DNA of 64,000 bases from Octopus vulgaris (GCA_951406725.2 OX597819.1:46562001-46626000); one strand, 5' to 3'. Counted from the first letter of the stretch, positions 1-16,247 are shown. The notes: generated by a model from the sequence alone, not told the origin. Made by a program: numbers and translations.

Positions 1-113
1 TATCAAATAGATACGCATATACAATGATAAACGTATGTTCATCGCATTATATCACTGCCATAAGTCTGTCTGCCTGGATGTCATTTCAACTGCTGCATTA
101 TATAACTATGCAC

Positions 114-156
<43 letters not shown>

Positions 157-184
157 AATTTATATATATATCAATCTATCTATC

Positions 185-287
<103 letters not shown>

Positions 288-357
288 CAATCTATCTATC
301 TATTCATCAGTCTTCTCTTTCTCCCTCTCTCAATCCGTTTCCATCACTCTCTTTCAC

Positions 358-397
<40 letters not shown>

Positions 398-709
398 CAC
401 ACACATGCATATATAAACTTAATTATCTACATACTCATCTACATGCATGCATGTATGTTTGTGTGTGTGTGCGCGCGCATGCGTATGTGTATAAGCATAT
501 AAATATCGACATACACTTATACACACATCAGTCTATCTATCTGTCTATCCATTTATTCATCAGTATGATAAATTTACCCAGTTTGTCATTAAAAGATCAA
601 AAAATCTATAATCCGTTCTATCGCTTCCAGCATCTATTGCACAGATATAATGTGTGTATAGACACACACACACACACACACATATATATGTATATATATA
701 TATATATAA

Positions 710-778
<69 letters not shown>

Positions 779-860
779 CATACACATACATACACGTACA
801 TATGTATGTCGGCATGCAAGCATGTATAAGGCATAGAGTTGTAAAACTATTGAATAGGAC

Positions 861-1258
861 CAGGAGTGGCTGTGTCGTAAGAAGTTTGCTCACCAACCAC
901 ATGGTTCCGGGTTCAGTCCCACTGCGTGGCACCTTGGGCAAGTGTCTTCTACTATAGTCTCGGGCCGACCAAAGCCTTGTGAGTGGATTTGGTAGACGGA
1001 AACTGAAAGAAGCCCGTCGTTTATATGTATATGTATATATATATGTGTGTGTGTGTGTGTGTTTGTGTGCTTGTGTTTTTTCCCAAAAACATCACTTGAC
1101 AACCGATGCTGGTGTGTTTACGTCCCCGTAACTTAGCGGTTCGGCAAAAGAGACCGATAGAATAAGTACTAGACTTACAAAGAATAAGCCCTGGCTAAAG
1201 ACGGTGCCCCAGCATGGCCGCAGTCAAATGACTGAAACAATTAAAAGAGTAAAAGAGT
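861..1258 (+). mobile_element. SINE family A (tRNA head, CORE-like domain, internal TA/TG microsatellite, LINE-derived tail)
   Basis: A-box-like TGGCTGTGTCG and B-box-like GGTTCAGTCC; CORE-like ACCTTGGGCAAGT; tail AGCATGGCCGCAGTCAAATGACTGAAACAA(TAAAAGAG)n; many homologous copies in the window. Confidence 0.88.
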
Positions 1259-1731
1259 ATGTAGTTGCAAAATTCCCTTTGGTTCTCTGCGTTCTAGGTT
1301 CAAATAGCCCTGAGATCAACTTTGCCAATCGTTAGTTCGGGGTCGATAAATGAAGTATAATCTGTTGTTCTCTTTCTTTTTGTTTTTTTCTTCTCTGAGC
1401 ATCTGTCGCTTCATTTAGAGAAGAAATCCACTGTAGTCACAGCGAGCTAGCGACGAGCATCGCTAGCTCTAATGATGGTCAAAACACAGTATTTGTCTCG
1501 ACTGTACCACCCCAATGTTTTCATCACGAGTTGAACGCCCCAAAATGACTCTCGCACACATAATTGTGTATGTGTGTGTGTAATTGTGTGTGTGTGCACG
1601 TGCGCGTGAATGTATGCGCATCAAATACAAGTGAAAGAAAACCAACAATAGCCTATTGTACAGTTTGTATTATTAAGGTGACGCTCAAGAAGGATAGATC
1701 TTATGAAGTAAAAGCTATAGAGCATGAATAT

Positions 1732-1762
1732 GACGTTTCGGACTTAGCTCTTCATCAGACTC
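1732..1762 (-). ncRNA. Minimal hammerhead-like motif
   Basis: CUGAUGA-AGAGCUAAGUCC-GAAAC-GUC; stem II imperfect. Confidence 0.5.
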
Positions 1763-2376
1763 AAGAAGAAAGTAGCAGGAGAGAAAATGAAAAGAGGAAA
1801 GGATATAAAAAATGAAAGAAGATAGCCAAAAAAAAATACGTATGTTAGGTTCACACGATCGACCTCTGACTAACTGAAAGTGTGTGATGTAATTGTAGTT
1901 TTAATTGTAAGCGATCGTACCCATCAAATAGAGCAGCTGCTGTATTCATAATAATGTTGAAAACTTCAGAAGACCTTACACCGAGAATCTATATTTCATA
2001 TTTCTCGGTACTAATATGGATAAACTATATTTCATTTCTTCTCTTCATTCGCATCTATCTTTCTATACATTTCCCATATTTGATTTCACAGTCAGTATAT
2101 AAGAATGTACGTACAAACACTCATACATGAGTGTCTGTGTGTACGTGTGTTTATATGTATATGTATGTATCTATGTATGTATGTATATGTTAGAGACATT
2201 CTGCATTCAGGTTGGGCTACATCTGACATGTTAATGACGTCACGAGGTTCATTTTACGAGAACATGCTGAGTTTCATATTTGATGATTTATGTAATTACA
2301 TTTGGCTGGTAATTTGTTTATATACATGTAAATATATTTGTTTGTTGATTTGCTTATTTGTTTATTTCCATTTCAC

Positions 2377-2429
<53 letters not shown>

Positions 2430-2490
2430 CCCTTACTTATTTTCTTTCCCCGTTTCTTGCTTACTTCTACCCCTTCCTTGTACGTATATA

Positions 2491-2527
<37 letters not shown>

Positions 2528-2662
2528 ACATATATATATATGTATGTATATATATATACATATATACATGTATCATACATATATACAGATGCAGCAGTGC
2601 ACACCAAAAGCACATATGTATATATCTATCTCTAAATATATGCATGTGTGTATACATATATA

Positions 2663-2707
<45 letters not shown>

Positions 2708-2785
2708 GTATACATATATATACATGTATATATATACATATATATATATATGTATATATATATACATATATATATATATATACAA

Positions 2786-2818
<33 letters not shown>

Positions 2819-2919
2819 GCGAAAAATTGCGCAAGCAGGCGTGTATAATGGATGTCAATTATATTTTTATGACAAGGTGTTTTTTGCACAGTACACAGTA
2901 TTCACGATTATGTGACCAT

Positions 2920-3275
2920 GTAGATGTTAATGATGTAGAGGAGGCTGATGAAGCTAGTGATGACGATGATGATGGTGATGTTTGCTACGACGACTAAGAC
3001 TACCACGACGACGACGACCACTACCATCACCATTACAACTAGCATCCCGACGACTACCCCTACGGCCACCACCACAATGGCAACGACGACGATGATGGCG
3101 GTGGCGACGACCATGACGACCATGGCGAGGATAATCACGACCATGATGATCATGATCGCCAGGATGAGCACGTACACCACCGCGAGGGTGATACTTTGGC
3201 TGATGTGACGTCGACGAAGACGATGAGCACGACGCCGAAAACCACGACGACGACGACAACGACGACGACGACGAC

Positions 3276-3352
<77 letters not shown>

Positions 3353-3918
3353 CGACGACGACGATGACGACGACGACGACGATGACGACGACGACGACAA
3401 TGATGATGATGATAACGATGATGATGATGACGACGACGATGATGATGATGATGATGACGACGACGACGACGTCGACGACGACGACGACAATGATGATGAT
3501 GATAACGATGATGATGATGACGACGACGATGATGATGATGATGATGATGACGACGACGGTGACAATGATGATAATGACCATGGTCACGATGATCATGATA
3601 ATGATTTTCATAAGGGATGGTCATAATCATTATGATGATGATGATCATCATCATCATCCTCGCCATCACCATCATGATCATCATTATCATCATCATGATC
3701 ATCATCATCATCATCGTAACAACGATGACAATGCTGATAATGACGAATGACGACGACGATGGTGATGATGATGATGATAACGATGGTGATGATTATTACG
3801 ATGGTGATGATGATGATAATAATGTTGACGATGATGATGATGATGATGATGACGACGATGATGATGATGATGATGATGACGACGATGATGATGATGATGA
3901 CGATGATGATGATGATGG

Positions 3919-3949
<31 letters not shown>

Positions 3950-4000
3950 GATAATGATAGTTCTGCTGCTGCTGCTGCTGGTGATGATGATGATAAATGG
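2920..4000. repeat. Compound (GAT)n/(GAC)n trinucleotide array with an internal (CAT)n inversion
   Basis: Visible in the sequence; includes a ~90 bp higher-order duplication at 3391-3480 / 3481-3556. Confidence 0.95.
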
Positions 4001-4576
4001 TTGGAGGCGGGAGGGTGAGAGTGACACACTCATAATGATGGCAACAATGATAATGTTGAAATTACTATGCCACTTGTGTATAGAGACTAAAACTGTTAGA
4101 TTAGTTTGGATAATTAAATTAAGGAAAAAAATTAAAATTAAGATAAAACACACACACACACACACAGGCACAGAGATATGTGTGTTTGTGTGTGTGTGTG
4201 TGTGTGTACATGTTTCCGTGTGTGTGCTTATGTGCTGCTCTGGCTGAGTGTGTCTTTTCACGATGATCAGAATGTATGTTCTCGTGTATATGTGTGTGTA
4301 TTTGCGTATGTGTGTTGTGCGTGTGTGTGTGTATGTGCATGTTTTTGTGTTTATGTGTACATATATATATGTGAGTGTGTGTGTATGTGCATGTTTTTGT
4401 GTTTATGTGTACATATATATATGTGAGTGTGTGTGTGTATGTGTCTGTTTCTACACACATATCCACACAAATTCGATGTACTTTTGTTTATCTGTACATT
4501 TGGGTGGGTGTGTGTGTATGCTTGTGCTTGTGTATGCATGTGAGTGCGTAAGAGTGTCTGGGTGTGTGTTTATATG

Positions 4577-4620
<44 letters not shown>

Positions 4621-4744
4621 CGGAAGCATGTATGAGTGCAGGTGTGTGTACTTAATCTGTGTGTATGTGTGTGTGTGTTTATCTGTGTGTGCGTGTGTGT
4701 ATGTATGCGGAAGCATGTATGAGTGCAGGTGTATGTGCTTAATC

Positions 4745-4775
<31 letters not shown>

Positions 4776-4955
4776 GGGATATTTATGTCAATAAACGTGT
4801 GTGTATGTGAAAGTGTATCAGTGTGTGAGAGAGAGCAACAGACACACAAACAGGCAGAAACTGGTTTATGTGTGTATGTGTGTATGCATGTATGCATGCA
4901 TGTGTGTATGTGTGTGCGGGTGTTATGCGAGATTGTGTTAGTATATTTGCATACA

Positions 4956-5157
4956 CTTTTTACTCTTTTACACATTTGAGTCATTTGACTGCGGCCATGC
5001 TGGAGCACCTCCTTTAGCCGAACAAATCAGCCCCAAGACGTATTCTTTGTACTAGTACTTATTCTATCGGTGTCTTTTGCCGGACAGCTAAGTTTCGGAG
5101 ACATAAACTCACCAACATCGGTTGACAAGCGATCGTGGTGGTGGGGACAAAAAACAA

Positions 5158-5190
<33 letters not shown>

Positions 5191-5191
5191 A

Positions 5192-5224
<33 letters not shown>

Positions 5225-5231
5225 AAAACAA

Positions 5232-5273
<42 letters not shown>

Positions 5274-5431
5274 GTACACGACGGGCTTCTTTCAGTTTTC
5301 GTCTACCAAAACCACTCACAAGGCTTTGGTCGGCCTGAGGCTACAATAGAAGACACTTGCCCAAGTTGACACGCAGCGGAACTGAACCCAAACCATGTAG
5401 TTGGAAAGCATGCTTCTTACCACACAGCCAC
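4956..5431 (-). mobile_element. SINE family A copy
   Basis: Reverse complement of the 861-1258 element, including the internal microsatellite. Confidence 0.88.
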
Positions 5432-5682
5432 GTATGTTTCTATTAGTATGGTTGTGTGAAAATGTTCGACACGTAGGGAGTGAATGAACGTGTATGTACG
5501 AGTGTGTCTATGTGTGTGTGTGACTGTCTGTGTGCGCACGCGCGTATGTGTCTAAATTTATGGATCTGCCTCTATGCGTCAAAAAATATGCTTGTGCATG
5601 TACGCATGTATTATTATATTTGTTTGTATGCCTGCTTCTTGCATGATGGTATGGATATTCACTATGTGTATTTCTCAGTATA

Positions 5683-5714
<32 letters not shown>

Positions 5715-6583
5715 CGTGACGTATTTTTGCCATTTCAATATGGCTAACCCCTAAGGGTGGATGCTACTGTAGTTTTTAGCCCCAGGAGGACACACTCCTC
5801 CAGCTGGCCATAGACACACTATCTGTGTCCTGTCAGTATTTGCAAAGGGAAGTCATTATATATATATATATATATTTGTGTTCAAATTTCTTTGTGCGTA
5901 TGATATGCGTATATTTTAGTATACATGTGCGTGTGTATATATATATATATATATATATGTATAAGTATTCGTGTCAATGTATGTTACTGCATCGGTGTTT
6001 AAGCGTGTCTATGTCTGGCAACGGATACATGTGCTTGCTTGTGTGGATTTTATGGCCGTTAATCTTAGTTCACGTTTACGGTGTGTGATTTTTCAACGTG
6101 ATTGGGGCTCGTTTTGAGTTTTATTCGTGTATGCATTAATATGTCAGTATGTGTGAATGTGCATATATTTACATACATATATATATGTGTGTGTGTGTGT
6201 GTGTGCATGTGTGTGTGTGTGTGTATGGATATGTGAATTTTATGTGTGGGCGTCTTTTGTTTTATTTCTTCCTCAATTTTATCTCTTCTTTACTTTCATA
6301 TTTTTGCATGTGTGTGCTTTGTGTATTTCTGCATGCGTCGATCTGTTTTTCCTTTTGTTTCTATATTTGTGTGTTTGCGTATTTAATAGAAAGTATGCGT
6401 ATATACGGATGTATGCGATTCAGCATGTATGTATATTTTCATACACGCTTCTATGAGCGCATGAATGTTTTTGTACGCATGTGTATACGTACGAATGGAT
6501 GCATAAGATATGCATATTTTGTATACATGTGCTAATATGCGTTTGTGTGTATGTATATGTATATATAGACATATAATATATAA

Positions 6584-6628
<45 letters not shown>

Positions 6629-6727
6629 TATGCATACACATACATATTTATGAATATGTATACATACACACACACATAAATATATATATATGTATATATA
6701 TACGTATGTATATTATATTATGCAAAC

Positions 6728-6785
<58 letters not shown>

Positions 6786-7258
6786 GTATGTATGCATGTT
6801 TACATGTGTGGGTATATGTATGTGCGCATATGTGTGCGTACGTGTCTGTATCTGTTTGCATAATATAATAAAACTAAATGAACGCTGAGATAGCAATAAC
6901 AATATTTAAAATTTAATAAAAACACAATAGGGAACAATCGCTTACAGGCAAATGTTTCGTTTATCTTTAGTTTCTTTTTATATTGTTTGTTTGTGTAATT
7001 GTGTATGTGTGTGTGTGTTATAGTTTGTTTTTTGTATATTTTGTTCTCTACTTAAAATTATTACAGATTATATCATGATAAAGATAACATGTGATTTCTA
7101 ATATAAAACCTATATCCAGTTATCTATCACATATATAGAATTATACCGCATGCCAAATAATATTATAAAAATTATGAGCCGCAAACTCAGATACTTGTGG
7201 TTGCAACTGAAGGCAATGCGATAGCTATATTAGAACAAGCGGAGTAAAACAAGAACAA

Positions 7259-7312
7259 AAAAATGGCGGACATTTGACGGTGTGAACAAGTATATGCTTG
7301 AGCATGCGCACT
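7259..7312 (+). promoter_or_regulatory. Candidate YY1 + NRF1 motif pair
   Basis: AAAATGGCGG at ~7260 and TGAGCATGCGCA at 7299-7310, within a non-repetitive island. Confidence 0.3.
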
Positions 7313-7586
7313 GCCTTATACTAAGAGTGTAATGTTACAAGGAAACATGAGAGAACGTACCAGCGTTTTTGCGTTGACGATGATGCAACGAGAGGAACTG
7401 ATGCAACATGCTAGACACTATTTTCAACACAATATCATATAGAATTGCATTCTACGTGTGCGCCTTCATGCATGATATCTACCTATATAACAATCTCTAT
7501 ATCTAATCTGTCAATCTATCTACCTATCTATACACACACATATATCTGTATATATATTTGCATGTATATCTGTATATATGTATGTG

Positions 7587-7730
<144 letters not shown>

Positions 7731-8325
7731 TGTTTGTATGCATGAGTGTCATTTAGTGTATGTATGCCTGTAATATAAATATATGTAATACATTAACTCT
7801 ACTTAATATAACATTTATTTTTAATTTAAAATATCTAAAGAGTAATTTAATTATACTGATTGTTTTATATTTGATATTCTGCATGTTATGATTCTTTATT
7901 TTGATATTTATTTTGGTGTGTATGTTGGTGAGGCTGTATCTATATGAGTGTGTGTGTGTGAGCTTCTGTGTATCTGTGTATATGCGTGATTGTGTATGCA
8001 TAGTTGATATATATATATATATATAATATATATTTATATATATATATGTGTGGGTCCATTTATGGCGGCGCACAACTGATATTTGATTACACAGTATGTT
8101 ATGTGCGTATAAGTATGTGTACACTTATGAGTGTGCGTGTGAAAGTCGTTGTATATGTGTCTTCGTTAATCTTAGCCTGTGTTACTATTGGTTTTCTATA
8201 TAAGTAAATGTATCATTGTGGACGCATGATTGGTCTGTGTATGTGTAAATATATAGATATACACACACTCACACACTCACACACACTCACACACACAAAC
8301 ACACACACATACATTCACACACACA

Positions 8326-8383
<58 letters not shown>

Positions 8384-8586
8384 ACATGTATTAATTCACA
8401 TATGTGTGAATGCATGAACAAATGTATCTATGCATGCGTATACTTATGTACGTATGTATAAAAATGAATCTATATATATGCGTAGATGTATGTGTGTATA
8501 TATATATATACATACATACATACATACATACTTACATACATATACATACATACACATATATGTGTGTACGGATATGCATATATATG

Positions 8587-8630
<44 letters not shown>

Positions 8631-8841
8631 TATACATATATACACATATATTTTTGCGTTTATTTATGTGTATGTGCGCATAACCTACGTAGGCACGTGT
8701 GTATGTTCGCATAGAGGCATGCATATATGTATGAACAAATGTATGCGTATGTATGTGAGAGTATGTGTGTTCGAATGTGGGTAAGTATATCTGTGTCTGT
8801 GTGTGACCAGGCGTAAATGTTTCTTGTTTCGTTATTCACTC

Positions 8842-8872
<31 letters not shown>

Positions 8873-8887
8873 CTGTGTGTGTGTGTG

Positions 8888-8939
<52 letters not shown>

Positions 8940-9332
8940 CTGTGTGTGTGTGTGTTTGTGTGTTTGTGTTTCACGATTCATTAATTTTTACACGGAATAA
9001 CAAACTCAAGAAGATTTTATTTTATTTTTTTTTGTCCCAATCAACCATGGCAACACGTAATCTGAAAATTAATATAGTATTTTTGTTATTATTTTTAAAA
9101 TTTCTACACATTTTTAGTTTATATATCATTTCGCCATGAATGTATACTATTTATTTTTAGTTTGGTTTTGTTGTTGTTGTTTTTTTGTTTTTTTTTTGTT
9201 GTTTTTTTCATCTGGCTTCTTTTTATTTTATTTATCGAATCAAAATTACATATATTTTAAAATTACGACGGGATCAGCAGACACGAATTTTGAACGGATA
9301 CTGCTTACTCATATGTGTGCGTGTGTATGTAT

Positions 9333-9375
<43 letters not shown>

Positions 9376-9653
9376 TGTGTGCGTGCGTGCGTGTGTGTGT
9401 GTGTGTGTATGTGTGAGTACACACCCGCACACACAAGCACACACACGCATCACCCCACATAAGTATATATATATATATTTAAATAAATAAATATGCATAT
9501 ATATACATATATATGTAGGTATGCATATCATGTGTATACAATACACACCCACACACTCAGACACATATATATGTACACAAATATGTGTGTATGTGTATAT
9601 AGAGACAAATATATATATCCATATACATATACATATATTCATATGTAGGTATT

Positions 9654-9739
<86 letters not shown>

Positions 9740-10048
9740 GATGGATGGATGGATGGATGGATGTAAGAGCGGGTGTATAAATGATTTGTGTGAGCGTTTA
9801 TGTATATGTACTTAGACGGCATTACACTAGAATCTATGCGTGTGTATCACTATAATTCTATGGTGCGTGTGTGTGTTTGTGTTTGTGTGTGCTTGTATGT
9901 ATATTTATATGTATGTATGTATGTATGTATGTATTTATATATATATATTTTTTGCATATATCTATGTGTGAGTCTCTGTTTATGTATATATGTAATATAG
10001 ATAGATGGAGAGCGAGACAAAAAGACAGAGAGAAAGAAATAGAGAGAC

Positions 10049-10104
<56 letters not shown>

Positions 10105-10146
10105 TTATATATATATATATTTATATTTATATATATATGGTATATT

Positions 10147-10191
<45 letters not shown>

Positions 10192-10639
10192 TTTACGAAT
10201 GTCTATATGTAGAAATACATACACAAGTAAATATTTACTCACATACACACCCGCGCGTGTGTGAGTGTGTGTATGTGTGTAGAAATATGTATATATATTC
10301 AAATATATATTAATCATAAGTATTACGGATTCAGTTGTAAGTATTACGCAACTGCATACACAGTATGTAGTATATATATACATATATATGTATGTGTATG
10401 TATATATATATATGTATATATGCATATATGTATATATATATATGTGTGTGTGTGTGTATGTATATACGTATATACTTATATATATGCATACATATGTGCC
10501 TATATATCTTTGAATAAGTGTATGTTTGGGAATATACACAGACACACACACGCATCAAGTTAATATATAATTTATTCATTCCATACTCTGTATATGTGAG
10601 CATAAAAAGAATGATCTTGTTCTTATATATATATAATTA

Positions 10640-10672
<33 letters not shown>

Positions 10673-10788
10673 GCAAACACCCTTCTATGTAAATATGCAT
10701 GTATATACATACATATACATTGATACATACATGTCTATGTAAACATACATTTATACATGTATATTTATATACATATAAACAAATATGC

Positions 10789-10836
<48 letters not shown>

Positions 10837-11057
10837 TGTGTGTGTACGTGTGAGCGCGTGTATATGTGTTTGTGTGTGTCTGTATATATATATATATATA
10901 CATTCATACATGCATACATACATACATACATACATATATACATGCCTGCGTACGTGTGTGTGTTATGAGTATGATATTGTACTTTGTAAGTTATGAGAGA
11001 TATATAACCATACCAATGGCTCATTATACGTCTTTAATATTCGTTTAAATATATATA

Positions 11058-11149
<92 letters not shown>

Positions 11150-12002
11150 CAGATACTTATAGTTTTATATATGTATATAAATATATATATATATACACGT
11201 GCACACACACTCATACACACACGCACACACACACATTCACAAACATACAAATCTAAATGCATGGATCCATACGTAAACATTTATATAAATATATGTGAAT
11301 TTACATGCATCTGTATATGTGTGTATGCGACTGTATGCACACTTATAACTTTGTGCGTGCATATCTGTGCATGTATTTTCATATGAATACACGTACACAT
11401 GTGTATATGCATATATGCATATAGAGATACCTACAAACCCGGTGTATATGGGGAAATACTCAGATATCCTGTATGCACATATATGCACGTAATAAAGGTA
11501 ACTTATACGTATATGTACATGATGATACACATGCATGCGTAGATTCTGCATACATATTTATATACACATGTATGGATACGTACATATATATAAATATAAA
11601 TATATATATATGTATGTATACATATATGTATGTGTGTGTGCGCTGTTTGTGCGTATGTGTGTGTATCTAATGTGTACACACGTATAGTACGTTTATATAT
11701 GTGTGTCTATGTACGTTTGTATATGTGTGTGTATATCTATATGTATATATATATATATATATATATACATACATGCGTTTACAGATATGCCTATATGTTC
11801 GTTTGTGAGGTGCCATTTTTACATGTGTGTGTGTGTGTGCGTGTGTGTGTGTGTGTGTGTGCGTGTATGTGTGTGAGTGTGTGTGCAAAAGAGAGAGGTA
11901 GATGATATCCCTAGTTACATAAACAGGCTGTTTCTGTGCCTTTATGTGGATGTGTATTAACGCCTTTGCGTCCGCGCGTACGCAGGGACTATCACTTGTA
12001 TT

Positions 12003-12056
<54 letters not shown>

Positions 12057-12073
12057 TATAAATGCATGTATCC

Positions 12074-12110
<37 letters not shown>

Positions 12111-12327
12111 TGCGTGTGTGTACGTGCAAATGTATATATACTTATATTTATATGTATAGATATATACATATATATATATATATATATCTATATACATGCA
12201 CACGCAAATATATATACGTATATGAACACACTGTACCATCCACATACTCTCTCATATGCACACAGCCATATTCAACGTTTCTCTCTCCCTCGTTCTATCT
12301 CACCATCTATGTCTCCCTTTTTACTCC

Positions 12328-12372
<45 letters not shown>

Positions 12373-12671
12373 CTTCCCTCCTCACAAACACATAAGCAAA
12401 CTTTGGTATATGTACGCGATTTCGTGCGCAAGAGCCCGTGCGTGCATACGTACGTGGTAATACACGCTGGATATGTACGGTTGCATGTGTGCGTGTGTGT
12501 GTGTGTGATTGTGTGTGTGTGTGTGTTCGCGTGAGCATGTGTGCGTGTATATTTACGTATGGCGAAATCAAGAGAAAGACACATATATATATATTATAGT
12601 GAGACAGCGAAGTGTGAGATAGAAAGACAGAGCATTTATATATATGAACGCCTGTTTCAGAGAGAGAGAGC

Positions 12672-12702
<31 letters not shown>

Positions 12703-12755
12703 TATGAAAGAGAGGGAAGAGACAGAAAGGGAGGAAGAGACAGGGTGATAGACAC

Positions 12756-12788
<33 letters not shown>

Positions 12789-12985
12789 TGGGGGGAAAAA
12801 TAAGAGAGGAAGAAATACATAAAAAAAGTGAGAGAGTGATGTTGGTCGTGAGAAATCACAATAATACAATATCAAAGGGTTCTTCAAAGAAACATCAAAG
12901 ACGTGAGAGCTGGGAAGCCACCCAATCAGACGTTAGAGTCAGAATGATGGTCTGATTGTGGCAGTAGTAGTAGTAGTAGTAGTAA

Positions 12986-13020
<35 letters not shown>

Positions 13021-13363
13021 TTGAGGGTGGTGGTGATGGTGATGGTCGTAGCGTGGTTATGGCGGTGGCGTTTGTGATGTTGCTGGTGACGGTGATAATG
13101 TTAGTATAAGTTGAGTTGTGCGTGCGGTGGATGTGGCGATGGTGGTGAAGAAATGTTGGCGGCGGCGGTGGTGGTGGTGGTGGCTGTGGTTTCTGGTGGT
13201 GGTAGTGTTGATGGTGGTGGTGGTGGTGGTTCTAGTAGTGGTGGTGGAGGTGGTGGTGGTGGTGGTGGTGGTGGTGGTGGTTTATAGTGATGAGCGTGGT
13301 GGCAGTGGTGGCGGTAGTGGTAGTGGTTGAGGTAGTGATGGTTTTAGTGGTGGTAATAGCTAC

Positions 13364-13402
<39 letters not shown>

Positions 13403-13480
13403 ATAGAGAGAGTGAGACAGACAAATGGCTAGAGAGACAGTGTACTAGAGCGGTAAAAATTCTCATACATGACTGTATGC

Positions 13481-13565
<85 letters not shown>

Positions 13566-13576
13566 TATAGAGAAAG

Positions 13577-13612
<36 letters not shown>

Positions 13613-14040
13613 GGGGGGGAGAGGACAGATGTTTGTGTACAAATATATATGCATATGTATATATATATATATATATACACACGCACATATATGTATGCAT
13701 ATATGTATGCATATATGTATGTATGTATGCGTGTATATATGTAGCATATATATACTCATGAAGAGAGAGAGAAGAGGGGAATAGAAGGAGACGTTGCGTG
13801 TATTGGGATGCTGCAGGTGTCGAGGTGAGGGATTCTTGTACGAATACGGGGGACCGGTAGACTGGAATGGCGGCGGAAACTTAATGAAGTGGTGGTGGGT
13901 GGGTGAGAAGTGGGAGCTGGGTAGAAGTGAGAGGAGGTGGAGAGAAGCATCGTCGACCAAATTTCCAACGTTCCTACTAAATATAAACTGATTGGGTGAT
14001 GTTGAGAGAGACTTTGATATGTATGTATGTTTATATATGC

Positions 14041-14076
<36 letters not shown>

Positions 14077-14264
14077 TCACACGAATATAAATATTTATGT
14101 ATATATATATAATTATATATAAATGCATACAATTATGTATGTATATATATATATAGCGTAATTTATGTATATGAATGTTATATACTTATACATATATATA
14201 TATGTGTGAGTATATAAATATATATATATACATATAATGTATGTATGTAATGTATGAATGTGTG

Positions 14265-14347
<83 letters not shown>

Positions 14348-15175
14348 CATGTATATAGACACACACATAGAGATATACATATGTGTGTGCGTACAAACGG
14401 GTTTCAGTTTTGAAACTGGTTTACTGTAATTGTCGTTCTTGGTGGTGGATGTGGTTCTGTTGTTAGCGGAGGCGGTTGAGCTGCTGGTGCTACCGCTGCT
14501 GCTGCTGCTGCTGCCGCTGCTGCTGTTGTTCATCCCCAGTAGAGCTCTTATCTAACGGTCCTATATCCTCAAAAGTAATTCCAACCGCTGTATCTTTTTT
14601 CTATATTTAAGACGATATTATGGGAGTTGAGGAAATTTAGTTACTCTTTCTAGCAAAGAAATTGGTGATATAAACGGAAATCCATTGTTCACTGGCTGTG
14701 TAGTGTTATTTACATGTGTGCGGCTGTGAGTAGCGATCGATGGAAGAAGACAGGTTGGTCGAGGATGGACTGTAATGAAAAGAGGCAAAAGAGGAGAGAA
14801 TTGTTAAGTAATGAGAGCAAGGAATGGAGAGGCGCAAATGGTTAAGGAAAATGAAAGCAAACGAGAAGTGGCGAGAAGGAAAAAGAGAGGAAGAATGTTG
14901 TGATTACATCTGTATAATCTCTAAGTACGTGTACATATATATACACATATATATATGTGTGTCTTTATGTAAATTATGTGTGTGTGTGTGTGTAAACACA
15001 TAGGTATATATACATGTTACGTATACCTGTCTATAATTATATATACATGCATACAAAGGTAGGTAAGTAGGTAGGTAGGTAGGTAGATAGATACATACAC
15101 GCACATATACATACATACACACATAAACACATACATACATACATACATACACACATACATACATGCATGCATACA

Positions 15176-15209
<34 letters not shown>

Positions 15210-15393
15210 CATGCATGCATACATACATACATACATACATACAAACATACATACAAACATACATACATACATACATACATACATACAAACATACATACAA
15301 ACATACATACAAACATACATACATACATACATACATACATACATACATACATACATACATACATACATAGAAGTATACCTTGAGCGATAGATG

Positions 15394-15431
<38 letters not shown>

Positions 15432-15935
15432 GAGAGTGATAGATAGACAGACTGAAAGATAAGCAGAGCGACGGAGAGAGAGGCGGAGAGAACCAGAGAC
15501 TGAGAGAGATTAATTACATGAGAATCATAAGAATAACAGAGTTAACAGGGATTAGTAAATATACGAAGAATAGAGAAAGAGAGAAAGAGGGAGAAAGTGT
15601 AAGGGTGAATGAGAGTGTGACAAAGACAAAGAGAGAGATGTGGTAGAGGGATGAGGGTAATATAAAATAACACTAATTTTTATATGGGTGAAAGATAGAA
15701 AAGCAACCGGAAATGTGTATGTTGTAAGCAAACAAGCTGGCTTTGAAGATTTTTCAAACATGGCGCTCAATGTATATATCTCTACGAACATATTTACATG
15801 TGGAGCATTTATACATACATACACACATATGTGTGTGTGTGTGTGTATGTGTGTGCATGTATATATGTATATATGTGTACCACTATATATGTGTGTGTAT
15901 GTACATGTATATATTTATATAAATATATGTTTATA

Positions 15936-15969
<34 letters not shown>

Positions 15970-16105
15970 CATAGATATAGATATATATATATGTATGTAT
16001 GTATGTATATATAATTTAATATCTTTAATTTTTTCTCTATGGTATGATTTAAGTATATCATTGTTGAATTGCTACATGGTGGGTCTTCTCTAATTTATAT
16101 CCATG

Positions 16106-16178
<73 letters not shown>

Positions 16179-16216
16179 TTATATATATATATGTATGTAT
16201 ATATATACAAAGATAT

Positions 16217-16247
<31 letters not shown>

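Noticed and set aside
2908-4261. Poly-His/Arg, poly-Ser, poly-Asp and poly-Met ORFs as real proteins
   Set aside because: Open in many frames on both strands because of the GAT/GAC repeat; no splice signals or unique coding flanks.
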